DNA of 64,000 nucleotides from Actinomycetota bacterium. GTDB taxonomy: Bacteria; Actinomycetota; UBA4738; HRBIN12. The notes beneath the pieces are model-generated. The model saw only the letters and a program-made list of their open reading frames with translations. It did not search any database and was not told where the DNA came from. Position numbers and translations under genes: made by a program. Location of the stretch: NCBI GenBank assembly GCA_035463115.1, contig DATHTO010000139.1, positions 3,461 through 67,460 of the forward strand, read 5' to 3'. Below, one piece after another: positions 46,342 through 56,399 of this stretch. Every line of letters starts with the position of its first letter. Position 1 is the first letter of the stretch.

Positions 46342-47311
46342 CCACGACCTCGCGGAGACGCCGGACGACCTCGTCGCGCACGGTCGGCGGTCCGAGGACC
46401 TCCGCGTCGGGCCCGTACTGGAGGACCGCGGCCGCGAGGATCCCTTCGTCCGCGTACGGCACCGACAGGACGACGCGGCCGTCGCCGAGCGTCCCTCCCT
46501 CCTGCGCATCCGCGAACCCGTCGCGGGCGAGCCACGCGACCTCGGGATCGAACGCGATCGAGGCCCGCTCCTCGCCCGAGGCATCCCACGGCCCGGCTTC
46601 GACGTGGTCGGCCGCGCGGAAGCCCGCCGGCGGTTCGCTCCCCTCGCCGTCGTCGTCGATCGCCGACGTGATGCGCGACAGGCGGAACGCGCGCACCTCG
46701 TCACGATCGCGGTCGTGGCCGACGAGGTACCAGTGCCCGCCGCGGAAGACCACCCCCCAGGCGTCCACGTCCCGCTCGCCGTCGGCTCCTTGCGACGTCC
46801 GGTAGCCGAACCGCACGCGACGTCGCTGCTGCGCCGCGTCCGCGGCGGCGAGGACGGCCGCGCTCGGCGCGTCGGATCCGGCGACCAGGGGTCCGCCCGC
46901 CATGCCGGCGAGGACGCCTCCGTCGGCGCCGAAGACCAGCTTGCGGACCCCCTGCTCGACCGCCGTCTCCTCGCGACCGCTCTGGGCCGCGACGAAGAGG
47001 GCCGTGATCTCCTCTGGGCTGAACTCGATCTCGGGGAGGTAGTACTCGTCCTTGCGGATCACGTAGCCCTGCTCGGTGCCCCACGCGTCGGTCTCGTCCA
47101 TCCGCAACGGAACGCCGTACTCCCGCAGCACGTCCTTGTCGCGCTCGAACATGCGCTTCGCGGACTCGAGGTTGTCGCCCTGATAGGCGTCGAGCGTCTC
47201 GCGGATCTCCTCGAACGTCAGTGGCCTGCGTGACTCGAGGAGCAGGCCGACGAGGTTCAGGAGGCGCTCGAGCGGCTCCATCCGGTCGCGCGACGCATCG
47301 GCCTCCCCCAT
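46334..47311 (-). CDS. pafB: WYL-domain transcriptional regulator PafB
   Basis: 325 aa with LERLLNLVGLLLESRRPLTFEEI and HWYLVGHDRDRDEVRAFRLSRI. ATG 47281 is an alternative start. Confidence 0.85.
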   Translation of the reverse strand: MGEADASRDRMEPLERLLNLVGLLLESRRPLTFEEIRETLDAYQGDNLESAKRMFERDKDVLREYGVPLRMDETDAWGTEQGYVIRKDEYYLPEIEFSPEEITALFVAAQSGREETAVEQGVRKLVFGADGGVLAGMAGGPLVAGSDAPSAAVLAAADAAQQRRRVRFGYRTSQGADGERDVDAWGVVFRGGHWYLVGHDRDRDEVRAFRLSRITSAIDDDGEGSEPPAGFRAADHVEAGPWDASGEERASIAFDPEVAWLARDGFADAQEGGTLGDGRVVLSVPYADEGILAAAVLQYGPDAEVLGPPTVRDEVVRRLREVVDA

Positions 47312-47357
47312 CGCTGGGGCATCATAGCCAGGTCATGCCGATGCTCCGGACGCACCG

Positions 47358-47999
47358 GTGATCCGGTACCGACGTGAGGACGACGCGCTCGTCGCGACGT
47401 CCGAGATCGCGGTGGGGGTCGATCGGATCACGGTGTCCGTGCGCCTCGGTGCCTGGCCGTTCGGCGTCCCGGACGCGGGCGGCCTCCGCGGCGCGCCCGT
47501 CGTCGTCGTGCCGGCGGAGGACCTCGTCGGGCTCGCCGTCGCCGGCATCCGCCGGAGCGGCGGGCTCGACCCTCTCGTCGTGGCCGATGCCCGATCCTCA
47601 GCGAGGATCACCCTCCAGGCCGGGCCCGAGGTCGCCGTGGTGGTCGGCCACGACCGGGAGGTCTTGGAGGACCTCCGCGGCGTCGGCGGCCGGCCGCTTC
47701 CCGCGCTCCCGCTCGACGACGCGGCTGCGGTCGACGCGTGGGTTCGGGGATGCCGCGTGGATCTCGATCTGGCGGTTCCGTCGGGTGCCGACGACGTGCG
47801 GAGCGCCGCCCGGGCGGCCCTCGCCCGGGCGACCGTTCCTGCGATGCACCACGTCGTCGAGGTCGATCCTCGCCCCGCGTTCGACGAGCTGGGCAGCCCG
47901 ATCGAACACGCGTCGTTGACGATGCTCGCGGCGGCAGCGGCGGGGGTCCTGGCCGGACGCGTCGCCGCCCGGAACCGCCGATGGCACGCGACGTCGTGA
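47358..47999 (+). CDS. hypothetical protein (opposite strand, between pafB and pafA)
   Basis: 213 aa from GTG 47358, with strong GC3 bias and a normal amino-acid mix. The overlapping minus-strand ORF 47333..48481 is Arg/Ala/Pro-rich shadow sequence. No family recognised. Confidence 0.55.
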   Translation: MIRYRREDDALVATSEIAVGVDRITVSVRLGAWPFGVPDAGGLRGAPVVVVPAEDLVGLAVAGIRRSGGLDPLVVADARSSARITLQAGPEVAVVVGHDREVLEDLRGVGGRPLPALPLDDAAAVDAWVRGCRVDLDLAVPSGADDVRSAARAALARATVPAMHHVVEVDPRPAFDELGSPIEHASLTMLAAAAAGVLAGRVAARNRRWHATS

Positions 48000-48036
48000 C
48001 GGTGAGCCTCCGCCGGCGTCGAGCGTCGTCCCGCCT

Positions 48037-49395
48037 TCACATGTGCGCGATCAGCTGCTCGACGCGCTCGTCGACGCTCCGGAACGGGTCCTTGCACAGG
48101 ACCGTCCGCTGCGCCTGGTCGTTCAGCTTCAGGTGCACCCAATCCACCGTGTAGTCGCGCCGCTTGGCCTTCGCCTGCTTGATGAAGTCCCCGCGGAGCT
48201 TCGCGCGGGTCGTCTGCGGCGGCTCGCGCATCGCCTTCGCGATCGTCCCGTCGTCGGTGACCCGCTCGACCTTGTCGCCGCGCTCGAGCAGGTAGTAGAG
48301 CCCTCGATCGCGGTTCACGTCGTGGTACGACAGGTCGAGCAGCGCGATCTTCGGGCTCGCGAGCGGCAGGTCGTGCTTCGCCATGTATCGCTCGATCAGC
48401 AGCCGCTTCGTGACCCAATCGACCTTGCGAGCCAGGCGATCGGCATCGTCGCGCTCCAGCGCGTCGATCGCCTCGCCCCATTCCTTCAGGAGCAGGGCGC
48501 TCGTCTCGTCGGCCCCACGGCGCTCGACGAACCGCGACGTCTTCTCGAAGTACTCCCGCTGCATCTCGATCGCCGAGAGCTCACGGCCGTTCGCGAGCTT
48601 CACGGTCCGCGTGCAGCTCGCGTCGTGGCTGATCTCACGGATCGCGCGGATCGGGTTCTCGAGCGTCATGTCGCGCATCACGGTGTTCGCCTCGACCATC
48701 CGCAGCACGAGATCCGTGATGCCGACCTTCATGAACGTCGTCCACTCGCTCATGTTCGAGTCGCCGACGATCACATGCAGCCGACGGAAGCGCTCCGCGT
48801 CGGCATGCGGCTCGTCGCGCGTGTTGATGATCGGCCGCGATCGCGTGGTCGCGCTCGAGACGCCTTCCCAGATGTGCTCGGCTCGCTGCGAGATGCAGTA
48901 CTGCGCGCCGCGCGGGCCGTGCAGGACCTTGCCGGCGCCGCACCAGATCTGACGCGTGACGAAGAACGGGATCAGCACGTCGGCCATGCGCGCGAACTCC
49001 CCGTGCCGCGCGACGAGGTAGTTCTCGTGGCACCCGTAGGAGTTCCCGGCCGAGTCGGTGTTGTTCTTGAACAGGTACACCTGCCCGCTGATGCCCTCCT
49101 CGTGCAGGCGAAGCTCGGCCGCCGACAGCAGATGCTCGAGGATCCGCTCACCCGCCTTGTCGTGCGCCACGAGCTCCCGGATCGAGTCGCACTCGGGCGT
49201 CGCGTATTCCGGGTGGGAGCCGACGTCGAGGTAGAGACGCGCGCCGTTCTCGAGGAAGACGTTCGACGATCGTCCCCAGTGCACCACGCGCCGGAACAGG
49301 TACCGCGCGACCTCGTCGGGCGAGAGCCGCCGCTGGCCACGGAACGTGCACGTCACGCCGTACTCGTTCTCGAGTCCGAAGATCCGCCGATCCAT
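48037..49395 (-). CDS. pafA: Pup--protein ligase PafA
   Basis: 452 aa reading [13 protein letters not shown], with a carboxylate-amine ligase fold pattern. It is a paralog of Dop. Confidence 0.95.
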   Translation of the reverse strand: MDRRIFGLENEYGVTCTFRGQRRLSPDEVARYLFRRVVHWGRSSNVFLENGARLYLDVGSHPEYATPECDSIRELVAHDKAGERILEHLLSAAELRLHEEGISGQVYLFKNNTDSAGNSYGCHENYLVARHGEFARMADVLIPFFVTRQIWCGAGKVLHGPRGAQYCISQRAEHIWEGVSSATTRSRPIINTRDEPHADAERFRRLHVIVGDSNMSEWTTFMKVGITDLVLRMVEANTVMRDMTLENPIRAIREISHDASCTRTVKLANGRELSAIEMQREYFEKTSRFVERRGADETSALLLKEWGEAIDALERDDADRLARKVDWVTKRLLIERYMAKHDLPLASPKIALLDLSYHDVNRDRGLYYLLERGDKVERVTDDGTIAKAMREPPQTTRAKLRGDFIKQAKAKRRDYTVDWVHLKLNDQAQRTVLCKDPFRSVDERVEQLIAHM

Positions 49396-49454
49396 CGCGA
49401 CCAGCCTACGCCGGGTCCCGCGAACGACGAGGGAACGTCACGCCGGCGGGCGGC

Positions 49455-50141
49455 TCAGGCGAGCGCCGCGACGATCTCGTCGGCGCGCAGACGTCGGAAC
49501 TTCCGCCGCGCGGTGCGCGTGCGGTCGAGGACGCCGGCCTCGATCTGGTCGGGGAGGATCTGACGCGCCTCGGGGACCGCTGCGAGGGCGTCGACGGCGG
49601 ACCGGACGGCGCCGGCCAGATCGGCGCCGTCGCGGTACCGCGAACCCAAGGCCTGCGTCAGCTCCTCGGCGTGTCCGCCCATCGCGACGAACCGCTGCTC
49701 GTCGGTGACCGATCCGTCGAACAGGATGTGGTACATCGCCGTGCCCGCCTCTTCGCCGTCGACCTCTCCGACGAGCACCTCGACCTCGTAGGGCTTCATC
49801 TGTTGGGTGAAGATCGTCGAGAGCGACTGCGAGTACGCGTTCGCGAGATCGCGCGCCTTGACGTCTTCGCGGCCGTACGCGTAGCCGCGGAGGTCGGCGA
49901 GGCGGATCCCCGCGATCCGCAGCTCCTCGAACTCGCTGTACTTGCCGACGCCGGCGAACGCGATGTGGTCGTAGATCTCGCTGATCTTGTGCAACGTCGC
50001 GCTCGGGTTCTCGGCCACGAAGAGGAGGCCGTCGGCGAACTCGAGCCCGACCACGGAGCGACCGCGCGCGATGCCCTTGTGGGCGTAGTCGGAGCGGTCC
50101 TTCATCAGCTGCTCGGGGGCGACGTACGGCATGAAGCTCAT
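49455..50141 (-). CDS. prcA: 20S proteasome alpha subunit
   Basis: 228 aa reading YVAPEQLMKDRSDYAHKGIARGRSVV. ATGA overlap with prcB. Confidence 0.95.
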   Translation of the reverse strand: MSFMPYVAPEQLMKDRSDYAHKGIARGRSVVGLEFADGLLFVAENPSATLHKISEIYDHIAFAGVGKYSEFEELRIAGIRLADLRGYAYGREDVKARDLANAYSQSLSTIFTQQMKPYEVEVLVGEVDGEEAGTAMYHILFDGSVTDEQRFVAMGGHAEELTQALGSRYRDGADLAGAVRSAVDALAAVPEARQILPDQIEAGVLDRTRTARRKFRRLRADEIVAALA

Positions 50142-50941
50142 CGGACACGCTCCTCGAGGACCGTGGCCACGGCGGCCGCGACCTCGGCCTCCGGCACCTC
50201 GTCGGCCCCACCGACCGTCACGGCGAGCAGCACGGGGTACGACCCGCGGGACGGGTCGGGGCCGCCGGTCGCGGAGTCGTCGTCGGCCGCGTCGATCAAG
50301 GCCTCGACCGCGACGCGGATCGCCTCGTCACGAGCGAGCTGGGGGCGCCACCGCTTCTTCAACGAGTTCTTCGCGGGCAACGAGCCCGATCCCGTCGCCT
50401 GGAAGTCGTCTTCCTCCCAGCGGCCGCCCGTCGCGTCGTAGTAGAAGATGCGGCCCTCGCCGCGCCGCTCGTCGAACCCGCCGAACAACGGGACCACCAC
50501 GAGCCCTTGCATCGCGAGCGGGAAGTTCTCACGGATCATCTGCGCGAGCCGGTTCGCCTTGCCCTCGAGCGAGAGCCGGCTCCCGGTGATCTTCTCGTAG
50601 TGCTCGAGCTCGAGCTGGAACAGCTTCACCATCTCGACGGCCTGCCCGGCGGCACCCGCGATCGCGATGGCGGAATAGTCGTCGGCCGGGAAGACCTTCC
50701 GCATCTTCGCGTCGGCGATGAGGTTCCCGGCCGTCGCACGCCGGTCGCCGGCCATCAGCATGCCGTCGGCGAACTTCAGCCCGAGGACCGTCGTGCCGTG
50801 CGGGACCGCGAGCGGCTCCGCCGCCCGGTCGCGGAGCGCCGGCGGGATCGCGTCGGGGCGCTCGTGCCGCACGAGCTCGAGGAAGCTGGGGCTCGCCCCG
50901 AACGGCGTCCGGGCGAGCGGGAGCTGGAGCTCGTCGGTCAC
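50138..50941 (-). CDS. prcB: 20S proteasome beta subunit
   Basis: 267 aa. A propeptide is followed by HG/TTVLGLKF (Thr-1). GTGA overlap with pup. Confidence 0.95.
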   Translation of the reverse strand: MTDELQLPLARTPFGASPSFLELVRHERPDAIPPALRDRAAEPLAVPHGTTVLGLKFADGMLMAGDRRATAGNLIADAKMRKVFPADDYSAIAIAGAAGQAVEMVKLFQLELEHYEKITGSRLSLEGKANRLAQMIRENFPLAMQGLVVVPLFGGFDERRGEGRIFYYDATGGRWEEDDFQATGSGSLPAKNSLKKRWRPQLARDEAIRVAVEALIDAADDDSATGGPDPSRGSYPVLLAVTVGGADEVPEAEVAAAVATVLEERVR

Positions 50942-51138
50942 TCGCCGCCCTTCTGGACGTACGACTTCACGAACTCCTCGGCGTTCTCCTCGAGGACCGA
51001 GTCGATCTCGTCGAGGATCTCGTCCATCTCGTCCTTGAGCTCCTCGGCCTTGGACGAGGAGGTGACCTGCCCGGCGTCGTCGCCGCCGTCACCATCGCCG
51101 CCCTTGCGTTGGATCCGCTTCTGTTCCTGCTCCGGCAT
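50938..51138 (-). CDS. pup: prokaryotic ubiquitin-like protein Pup (C-terminal GGE)
   Basis: Start is the internal ATG 51138, after GGAG. 66 aa reading MPEQEQKRIQRKGG...DEILDEIDSVLEENAEEFVKSYVQKGGE. Confidence 0.9.
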   Translation of the reverse strand: MPEQEQKRIQRKGGDGDGGDDAGQVTSSSKAEELKDEMDEILDEIDSVLEENAEEFVKSYVQKGGE

Positions 51139-51169
51139 CGTGGAGGCTCCTGTCGGGGTGCGAGACACG

Positions 51170-51175
51170 ATTCTA
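51170..51175 (-). promoter_or_regulatory. candidate -10 element (TAGAAT) for a pup-prcBA transcript
   Basis: The minus strand reads GGCGATAGAATCGTG, 31 nt upstream of the pup ATG, inside the 73-nt dop-pup gap. There is no convincing -35. Confidence 0.35.
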
Positions 51176-51211
51176 TCGCCGGTCACGGACCCGATCGGCG
51201 AAGCGACGGGT

Positions 51212-52696
51212 CTAGCCCTGGAGCTTGTCGACGAGCTCGGCCGCGTCGGCCACCTCGTCGAGCAGGCGCTCCACGTGGATGCGCGTGCCGCGGAGGGGCT
51301 CCCGCATCGGGATGCGCTGCAGCGCGTCACGGCCGGTGTCCATGATGATGGAGTCCCACGAGGCCGCCGCGATCGCGTCCGGGAACCGCGTGATGCAGCG
51401 TCCTCGGAAGTACGCCCGGGTGTCCTCGGGCGGATGCATCATCGCCCGCTCCACCTCGTCGTCGAGGACCAGCCGCTCGACCTTGCCGGTCGCGGCGAGC
51501 CGGTGGTACAGCCCCTTCGTGCGCCGAACGTCGTGGTACTGGAGGTCGATCGCCCGGAGCTTCGGATCGGCCCACTCGAGCCGATCGCGCTCGCGGTAGC
51601 CCTGCAGCAGCCGTAGCTTCGCCACCCAATCGAGCTGCGCGCTGAGCTCCATCGGATCGCGTTCCAGCGCCGCGAGGACCTGCTCCCACCGCTCGAGGAT
51701 CGCCCGGTTCTCGGGCGTGTCGTCCTCGCGGTCGACGTACTTGCGCGCGAGCTCGAAGTACTCCCACTGCATCTGCGCGGCCGTGAGGCGCCGGCCGTCG
51801 CCGAGCTCGACGGTCGTGCGCAGGGTCACGTCGCGCGACACCTCGTGGATCGCCGCGACCGGGTTCACGATCGTCAGATCGGGCAGGAATCCGTCCTCGA
51901 TCATCTTGAGGACGATCGCGGTGGTTCCGAGCTTCAGGAAGATCGCGACCTCGCAGAGGTTCGCGTCACCGACGATCACGTGGAGCCGTCGGTAGCGGTC
52001 GGGGTCGGCGTGCGGCTCATCGCGGGTGTTGATGATCGGCCGCTTCAAGGTCGTCTCGAGGCCCACCTCGGTCTCGAAGAAATCCGACCGCTGGCTCAGC
52101 TGATAGACGTGGCGGCCGCGGTCGTCCCACTGCGCCTCGAGGCCGACCTTCCCGGCGCCGGTGATCACCTGCCGCGTCACGAAGAACGGCGTGAGGTCGC
52201 GCGCGATGTCGGCGAACGGCGTCGCTCGGTCGACGAGGTAGTTCTCGTGCGTCCCGTAGGAGTTGCCCTTGCCGTCGGAGTTGTTCTTGTAGATCGACAG
52301 CGGCGGGCCGTCGGGCATCTGCGCGGTGACCTCGTCGAGCGACCGCTCCAGGATCCGCTCCCCCGCCTTGTCGTGGACGACGAGATCACGGACGGACAGG
52401 CATTCCGGGGTCGAGTACTCGGGATGGGCGTGGTCGACGTAGTACCGCGCCCCGTTCGGCAGGATCACGTTCGCCAGGCCGAGGTCCTCGTCGCTCGCCT
52501 CGCGCGCCGGGACCGGCTCGAACCCACGGGCGTCGCGGAGCGGCGATTCGTCCTCGTAGTCCCATCGGATGCGCCGGAGCGCTCCCGCGAACGAGGAGAT
52601 CAGCAGGCTGGACGACAGGACGGGATTGAAATCGGGATGACCGGGAGCGGCGATCCCGTATTCCGTCTCCGTCCCGAGGACCTTGGGGATGGCCAC
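51212..52696 (-). CDS. dop: Pup deamidase/depupylase Dop
   Basis: 494 aa from GTG 52696, reading VLGTETEYG. It is colinear with PafA. Confidence 0.95.
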   Translation of the reverse strand: MAIPKVLGTETEYGIAAPGHPDFNPVLSSSLLISSFAGALRRIRWDYEDESPLRDARGFEPVPAREASDEDLGLANVILPNGARYYVDHAHPEYSTPECLSVRDLVVHDKAGERILERSLDEVTAQMPDGPPLSIYKNNSDGKGNSYGTHENYLVDRATPFADIARDLTPFFVTRQVITGAGKVGLEAQWDDRGRHVYQLSQRSDFFETEVGLETTLKRPIINTRDEPHADPDRYRRLHVIVGDANLCEVAIFLKLGTTAIVLKMIEDGFLPDLTIVNPVAAIHEVSRDVTLRTTVELGDGRRLTAAQMQWEYFELARKYVDREDDTPENRAILERWEQVLAALERDPMELSAQLDWVAKLRLLQGYRERDRLEWADPKLRAIDLQYHDVRRTKGLYHRLAATGKVERLVLDDEVERAMMHPPEDTRAYFRGRCITRFPDAIAAASWDSIIMDTGRDALQRIPMREPLRGTRIHVERLLDEVADAAELVDKLQG

Positions 52697-52705
52697 GCGG
52701 CCACC

Positions 52706-54433
52706 TTACAGGTACTGCCCCGCGTTGACGCGCTCGACCTGTCGACCGTCGCCGTCGCGCCCGAGGAGAGTGCGGACGTACACGATCCGCTCGCCCTTCT
52801 TGCCCGAGATCCGCGCCCAGTCGTCGGGGTTCGTCGTGTTCGGGAGGTCCTCGTTCTCCTTGAACTCGTCGCGGATCGCGGTGAACAGATCGTCGCCCTT
52901 GATGCCCTTCTCACCGGTCTGCAGGAAGCGCTTGATCGCGTCCTTCTTCGCCCGTCGGACGATGTTCTCGATCATCGCGCCGGAGTTGAAGTCCTTGAAG
53001 TAGAGGATCTCCTTGTCGCCGCTCGCGTACGTGACCTCGAGGAACCGGTTCTCGTCGGACGGCGCGTACATGCGCTCGACGGTCTTCTCGATCATCCGCC
53101 GGCACGCGGCCGCGATGTCGTCGCCGTAGCGCTCGATCTCGTCGGGATGGATCGGAACCGACGGGTGCAGGTACTTCGACATGATGTCGGCTGCCTGTGA
53201 CTGGTTCGGCCGCTCGATCTTGATCTTCACGTCGAGCCGGCCGGGACGCAGGATCGCCGGATCGATCAGATCCTCGCGGTTCGAGGCGCCGATCACGATC
53301 ACGTCCTTGAGCGTCTCGACGCCGTCGAGCTCGGAGAGGAGCTGCGGCACGATCGTCGATTCGACGTCGCTCGAGATGCCCGTGCCCCGCGTGCGGAAGA
53401 TCGAGTCCATCTCGTCGAAGAACACGATGACCGGAAGACCCTCTTCGCTGCGCTCCTTCGCGCGCTGGAAGATCTCGCGGATCTGCCGTTCGGTCTCGCC
53501 GACGTACTTGTTCAGGAGCTCGGGCCCCTTCACGTTCAGGAAGTAGCTGCGTGCGTCGTCGCGGCCGGTGCGCTCGGCGACCTTCTCGGCGAGCGACTTC
53601 GCGACCGCCTTCGCGATCAGCGTCTTGCCGCAGCCGGGAGGGCCGTACAGCAGCACGCCCTTCGGCGGCTCGAGCTGGTGCTCGTTGAAGAGCTCGGCGT
53701 ACAGGAACGGGAGCTCCACGGCGTCGCGGATCGCCTCGATCTGCCCCTCGAGCCCGCCGATGTCCTCGTAGCTCACGTCGGGGATCTCTTCGAGGACGAG
53801 CTCCTCGACCTCCTCCTTCGGAAGGAGCTCGGTGATCGCCATCGCGCGTGCGTCGAAGAGCACGTGATCGCCGGCCCGGCAGCCCAGCTCGAGCAGCTCG
53901 CCGGCCATATACACGACGTGCTCCTCGTCACCGCGCCCGACCACGACGGCGCGGTCGGAGCCGAGGCGGTCCTTCACCTTCGCGACCTCGCCGGCGCGGT
54001 CGGGCTCGAGGACCTCGACCACGTTCAGCGACTCGTTCAAGATCACCTGGGCCCCCGCGGGGATCTTGGCCGTGTCGACGTCGGGCGCCGGGAGCACCCG
54101 CATCTTGCGGCCGGCGGTCACGACGTCCATCGAGCCGTCGTCGTTGATGCGGAGGAACACGCCGAACGTGCTCGGCGGCTGGGAGAGCTTCTCGACCTCG
54201 TGCGCCAGGGCCTCGATGCGGTCGCGCTCGCCGCGGAGCGCATCGGCGAGCTTCTGGTTCTGGCCCATCGCCTTGACGAGCTGCTCACGCGTTTCGACGA
54301 GCTTCTCCTCGAGGATCGTCACCTGGCGCGGAGCGTTCGTGAGGCGGCGACGCAGCAGGCCGATCTCGTCCTCGAGGAAGCGGACCTGCGAACGCAGGTC
54401 TTCGACGTGCTCGTGCTCGTTCCGGTCGGGCAT
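52706..54433 (-). CDS. mpa: proteasome-associated AAA ATPase Mpa/ARC
   Basis: ATG 54433 follows GGAGG. It has an N-terminal coiled coil, OB domains, Walker A GPPGCGKT, Walker [10 protein letters not shown], and a C-terminal GQYL. Confidence 0.95.
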   Translation of the reverse strand: MPDRNEHEHVEDLRSQVRFLEDEIGLLRRRLTNAPRQVTILEEKLVETREQLVKAMGQNQKLADALRGERDRIEALAHEVEKLSQPPSTFGVFLRINDDGSMDVVTAGRKMRVLPAPDVDTAKIPAGAQVILNESLNVVEVLEPDRAGEVAKVKDRLGSDRAVVVGRGDEEHVVYMAGELLELGCRAGDHVLFDARAMAITELLPKEEVEELVLEEIPDVSYEDIGGLEGQIEAIRDAVELPFLYAELFNEHQLEPPKGVLLYGPPGCGKTLIAKAVAKSLAEKVAERTGRDDARSYFLNVKGPELLNKYVGETERQIREIFQRAKERSEEGLPVIVFFDEMDSIFRTRGTGISSDVESTIVPQLLSELDGVETLKDVIVIGASNREDLIDPAILRPGRLDVKIKIERPNQSQAADIMSKYLHPSVPIHPDEIERYGDDIAAACRRMIEKTVERMYAPSDENRFLEVTYASGDKEILYFKDFNSGAMIENIVRRAKKDAIKRFLQTGEKGIKGDDLFTAIRDEFKENEDLPNTTNPDDWARISGKKGERIVYVRTLLGRDGDGRQVERVNAGQYL

Positions 54434-54590
54434 GCGGTTCCACCTCCAGCGAGGATCTCGCCCCCGGTCGGGAGGCCCAGCAGGGCTTCCCACCGCTCTT
54501 CCCGTTATGTACGGCAGCCGAGACCGGAAGGCTTAGGCCCATTTTCGGGGTATCTGCCGACACCGACGAGAACCGCAGGTCAGCGCGGCT

Positions 54591-55370
54591 TCAGGACAGC
54601 CGTCGGGCGATCGTGAGGAAGCCGGTGTGGCCGATCATGCGGTGGTCCGGGCGGACGCTCCGTTCCGCGACGTGCCAGCCTCGCCGCATCACCTCGAACG
54701 TCTCGAGGTGCACGAAGCCGTGGGACGGCAGCGCGAGGACGAGCTGCTGCACCTGGATCGTCGTCGGCAGGTACGCGCAGCACACGGCGCCCGCCTCGAG
54801 CACCCCGTGGAGCGCGTCGAGCGGCGCCCACGGTTCCGGGAGATCGAGGACGGCTCGGTCGAAGCGTTCCTCCGACCCGCCGATCCCGGCGAGATCACCG
54901 AGCCGCAGCTCCAGATGGTCGGGGAGCTTCCCGAAGAACGCCTCGACGTTCTCGATCGCGCGATCCCGGTGCTCCGGCCGCTGCTCGTACGAGACCACCC
55001 GCCCGTCGGCGCCCACCGCACGGCACAGCGCGATCGTCAGGGCGCCCGACCCCGTCCCCGCCTCGACGACGCGCGCGCCGGGATGGATGTCGGCGTACGT
55101 CACGATCGGCCCGAGGTCCTTCGGGTACACGACCTGCGCGCCGCGCGGCATCTTCAGCACGTAGTCGGCGAAGCGCGGGCGGAACGCGAGCAGGACCATG
55201 CCGGCCGAGGTCTCGAACCGTGTGCCCTCGGCCCGACCCAGGACCTCGTCGTGCGCCAGCGAGCCGGAGTGGGTGTGGAACGTGCCGCCGGCCTGGAGCT
55301 TCACGAGGTACTGGCGGTCCCGCTGATCGACGAAGAGGACGCGCTCCCCCGCCTCGAAGGGGGCCCCCAT
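54591..55370 (-). CDS. trmI: tRNA (adenine58-N1)-methyltransferase TrmI
   Basis: 259 aa with the SAM motif VVEAGTGSGALT, the TrmI/Gcd14 layout, and synteny with Rv2118c next to mpa. Confidence 0.85.
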   Translation of the reverse strand: MGAPFEAGERVLFVDQRDRQYLVKLQAGGTFHTHSGSLAHDEVLGRAEGTRFETSAGMVLLAFRPRFADYVLKMPRGAQVVYPKDLGPIVTYADIHPGARVVEAGTGSGALTIALCRAVGADGRVVSYEQRPEHRDRAIENVEAFFGKLPDHLELRLGDLAGIGGSEERFDRAVLDLPEPWAPLDALHGVLEAGAVCCAYLPTTIQVQQLVLALPSHGFVHLETFEVMRRGWHVAERSVRPDHRMIGHTGFLTIARRLS

Positions 55371-55373
55371 CGC

Positions 55374-56399
55374 TCAGCGCGCCTCGACGCCGTAGAGCTC
55401 CGCCGGGAGCACCTCGTCGGCGAGCTCCTCGGCCTCCTGCCGCTCGTTCCCGCGCCCCCCGGCTCCGTCGGACCCGTCGCGCTGCGGCTCGGGCGTGACG
55501 AGCCGCCGCCCGAGGATCTGGGCTTGCGCACGACAGAACGCGCAGAAGCGCCCGGTGGTCGGCTGCCCGCACGAGGCGCACGTCGTGAGCTCGGCGTCGT
55601 CGGCCGCCGTGAAGAGCGCCCGGCCGCGATCGAGGTACCCGAACAGGAACTGCGACTTCGTGCCGGGCGACGTCGACTCGATCGCGTTCATCGCGTCCTT
55701 GTACCGGAGCTGGGTGTTGCCGGCGACGAGCGGACACTCCTCGACGACGTAGTCGATGCCGCGCAGGAACGCGTACGCCGCCGTCTCGAGCTCCGAGAGG
55801 CGGAAGAGCGGCTTGACCTTCTTCACCATGCCGTCCTTCGCCGGCAGCACGGGCGACTGCCGCGCGATGTACTCGGTCTGCCACCGGAGCGTGTTGCCCA
55901 GCAGGGTCGCCGCCTCGTCGTCCAGGTTGTGCCCGGTGGCGATCACGTCGTAGCCGCGGTCGAGGGCTGCCCTGTTGAACACGTATCGCTTCGACAGGCC
56001 GCAGACGGCGCACGTCGAACGCGAGCCCTTCCGGCCCGCGGTCGGGATGTCGAACCCGTAGTCCTCGGCGAGGTCGACCACGTGGAGGGTCGCGTTCCGG
56101 CTCGCCGCGAAGGCGCGGGTGACCTCGGCGGACCGGTCGGAGTAGCTGCCGATCCCGAGGCCCAGGTACAGCCCGTCGGCGGCGAAGCCGAGGTCGAGGA
56201 GCGTGTCCCACAGGGCGAGAGAGTCCTTGCCGCCCGAGACGGCGACGAGGACCCGTTCGTCGGCATCCAGCATGTGCCACTTCGCGATCGCTCGCTCGAC
56301 CTGCCCGCGGAACACGTGCTCGAAGCATGCCCGGCAGTAGCCGGCGTTGTGTCGCCGCACCTCGATCACCGCCGGCGCGCCGCAGCGCGTGCATCTCAT
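55374..56399 (-). CDS. ttuA: TtuA-like PP-loop tRNA 2-thiolation ATPase with N- and C-terminal zinc fingers
   Basis: It has CTRCG...CRAC, the PP-loop SGGKDS, the Fe-S Cys context STCAVCG, GHNLDDE, and CASCG...CAFC. Confidence 0.75.
   Translation of the reverse strand: MRCTRCGAPAVIEVRRHNAGYCRACFEHVFRGQVERAIAKWHMLDADERVLVAVSGGKDSLALWDTLLDLGFAADGLYLGLGIGSYSDRSAEVTRAFAASRNATLHVVDLAEDYGFDIPTAGRKGSRSTCAVCGLSKRYVFNRAALDRGYDVIATGHNLDDEAATLLGNTLRWQTEYIARQSPVLPAKDGMVKKVKPLFRLSELETAAYAFLRGIDYVVEECPLVAGNTQLRYKDAMNAIESTSPGTKSQFLFGYLDRGRALFTAADDAELTTCASCGQPTTGRFCAFCRAQAQILGRRLVTPEPQRDGSDGAGGRGNERQEAEELADEVLPAELYGVEAR

Noticed and set aside
47333-48481. A 382-aa minus-strand ORF bridging pafB and pafA, which would make the paf locus continuous.
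   Set aside because: The composition is shadow-like (RRAGARR...). It also overlaps the pafA 3' end in another frame. The plus-strand ORF 47358..47999 has the better codon signal.
50938-51330. A 130-aa extended version of the pup ORF.
   Set aside because: The extension overlaps the dop 3' end and is Arg/Ser-rich. The internal ATG 51138 with GGAG gives a canonical 66-aa Pup.
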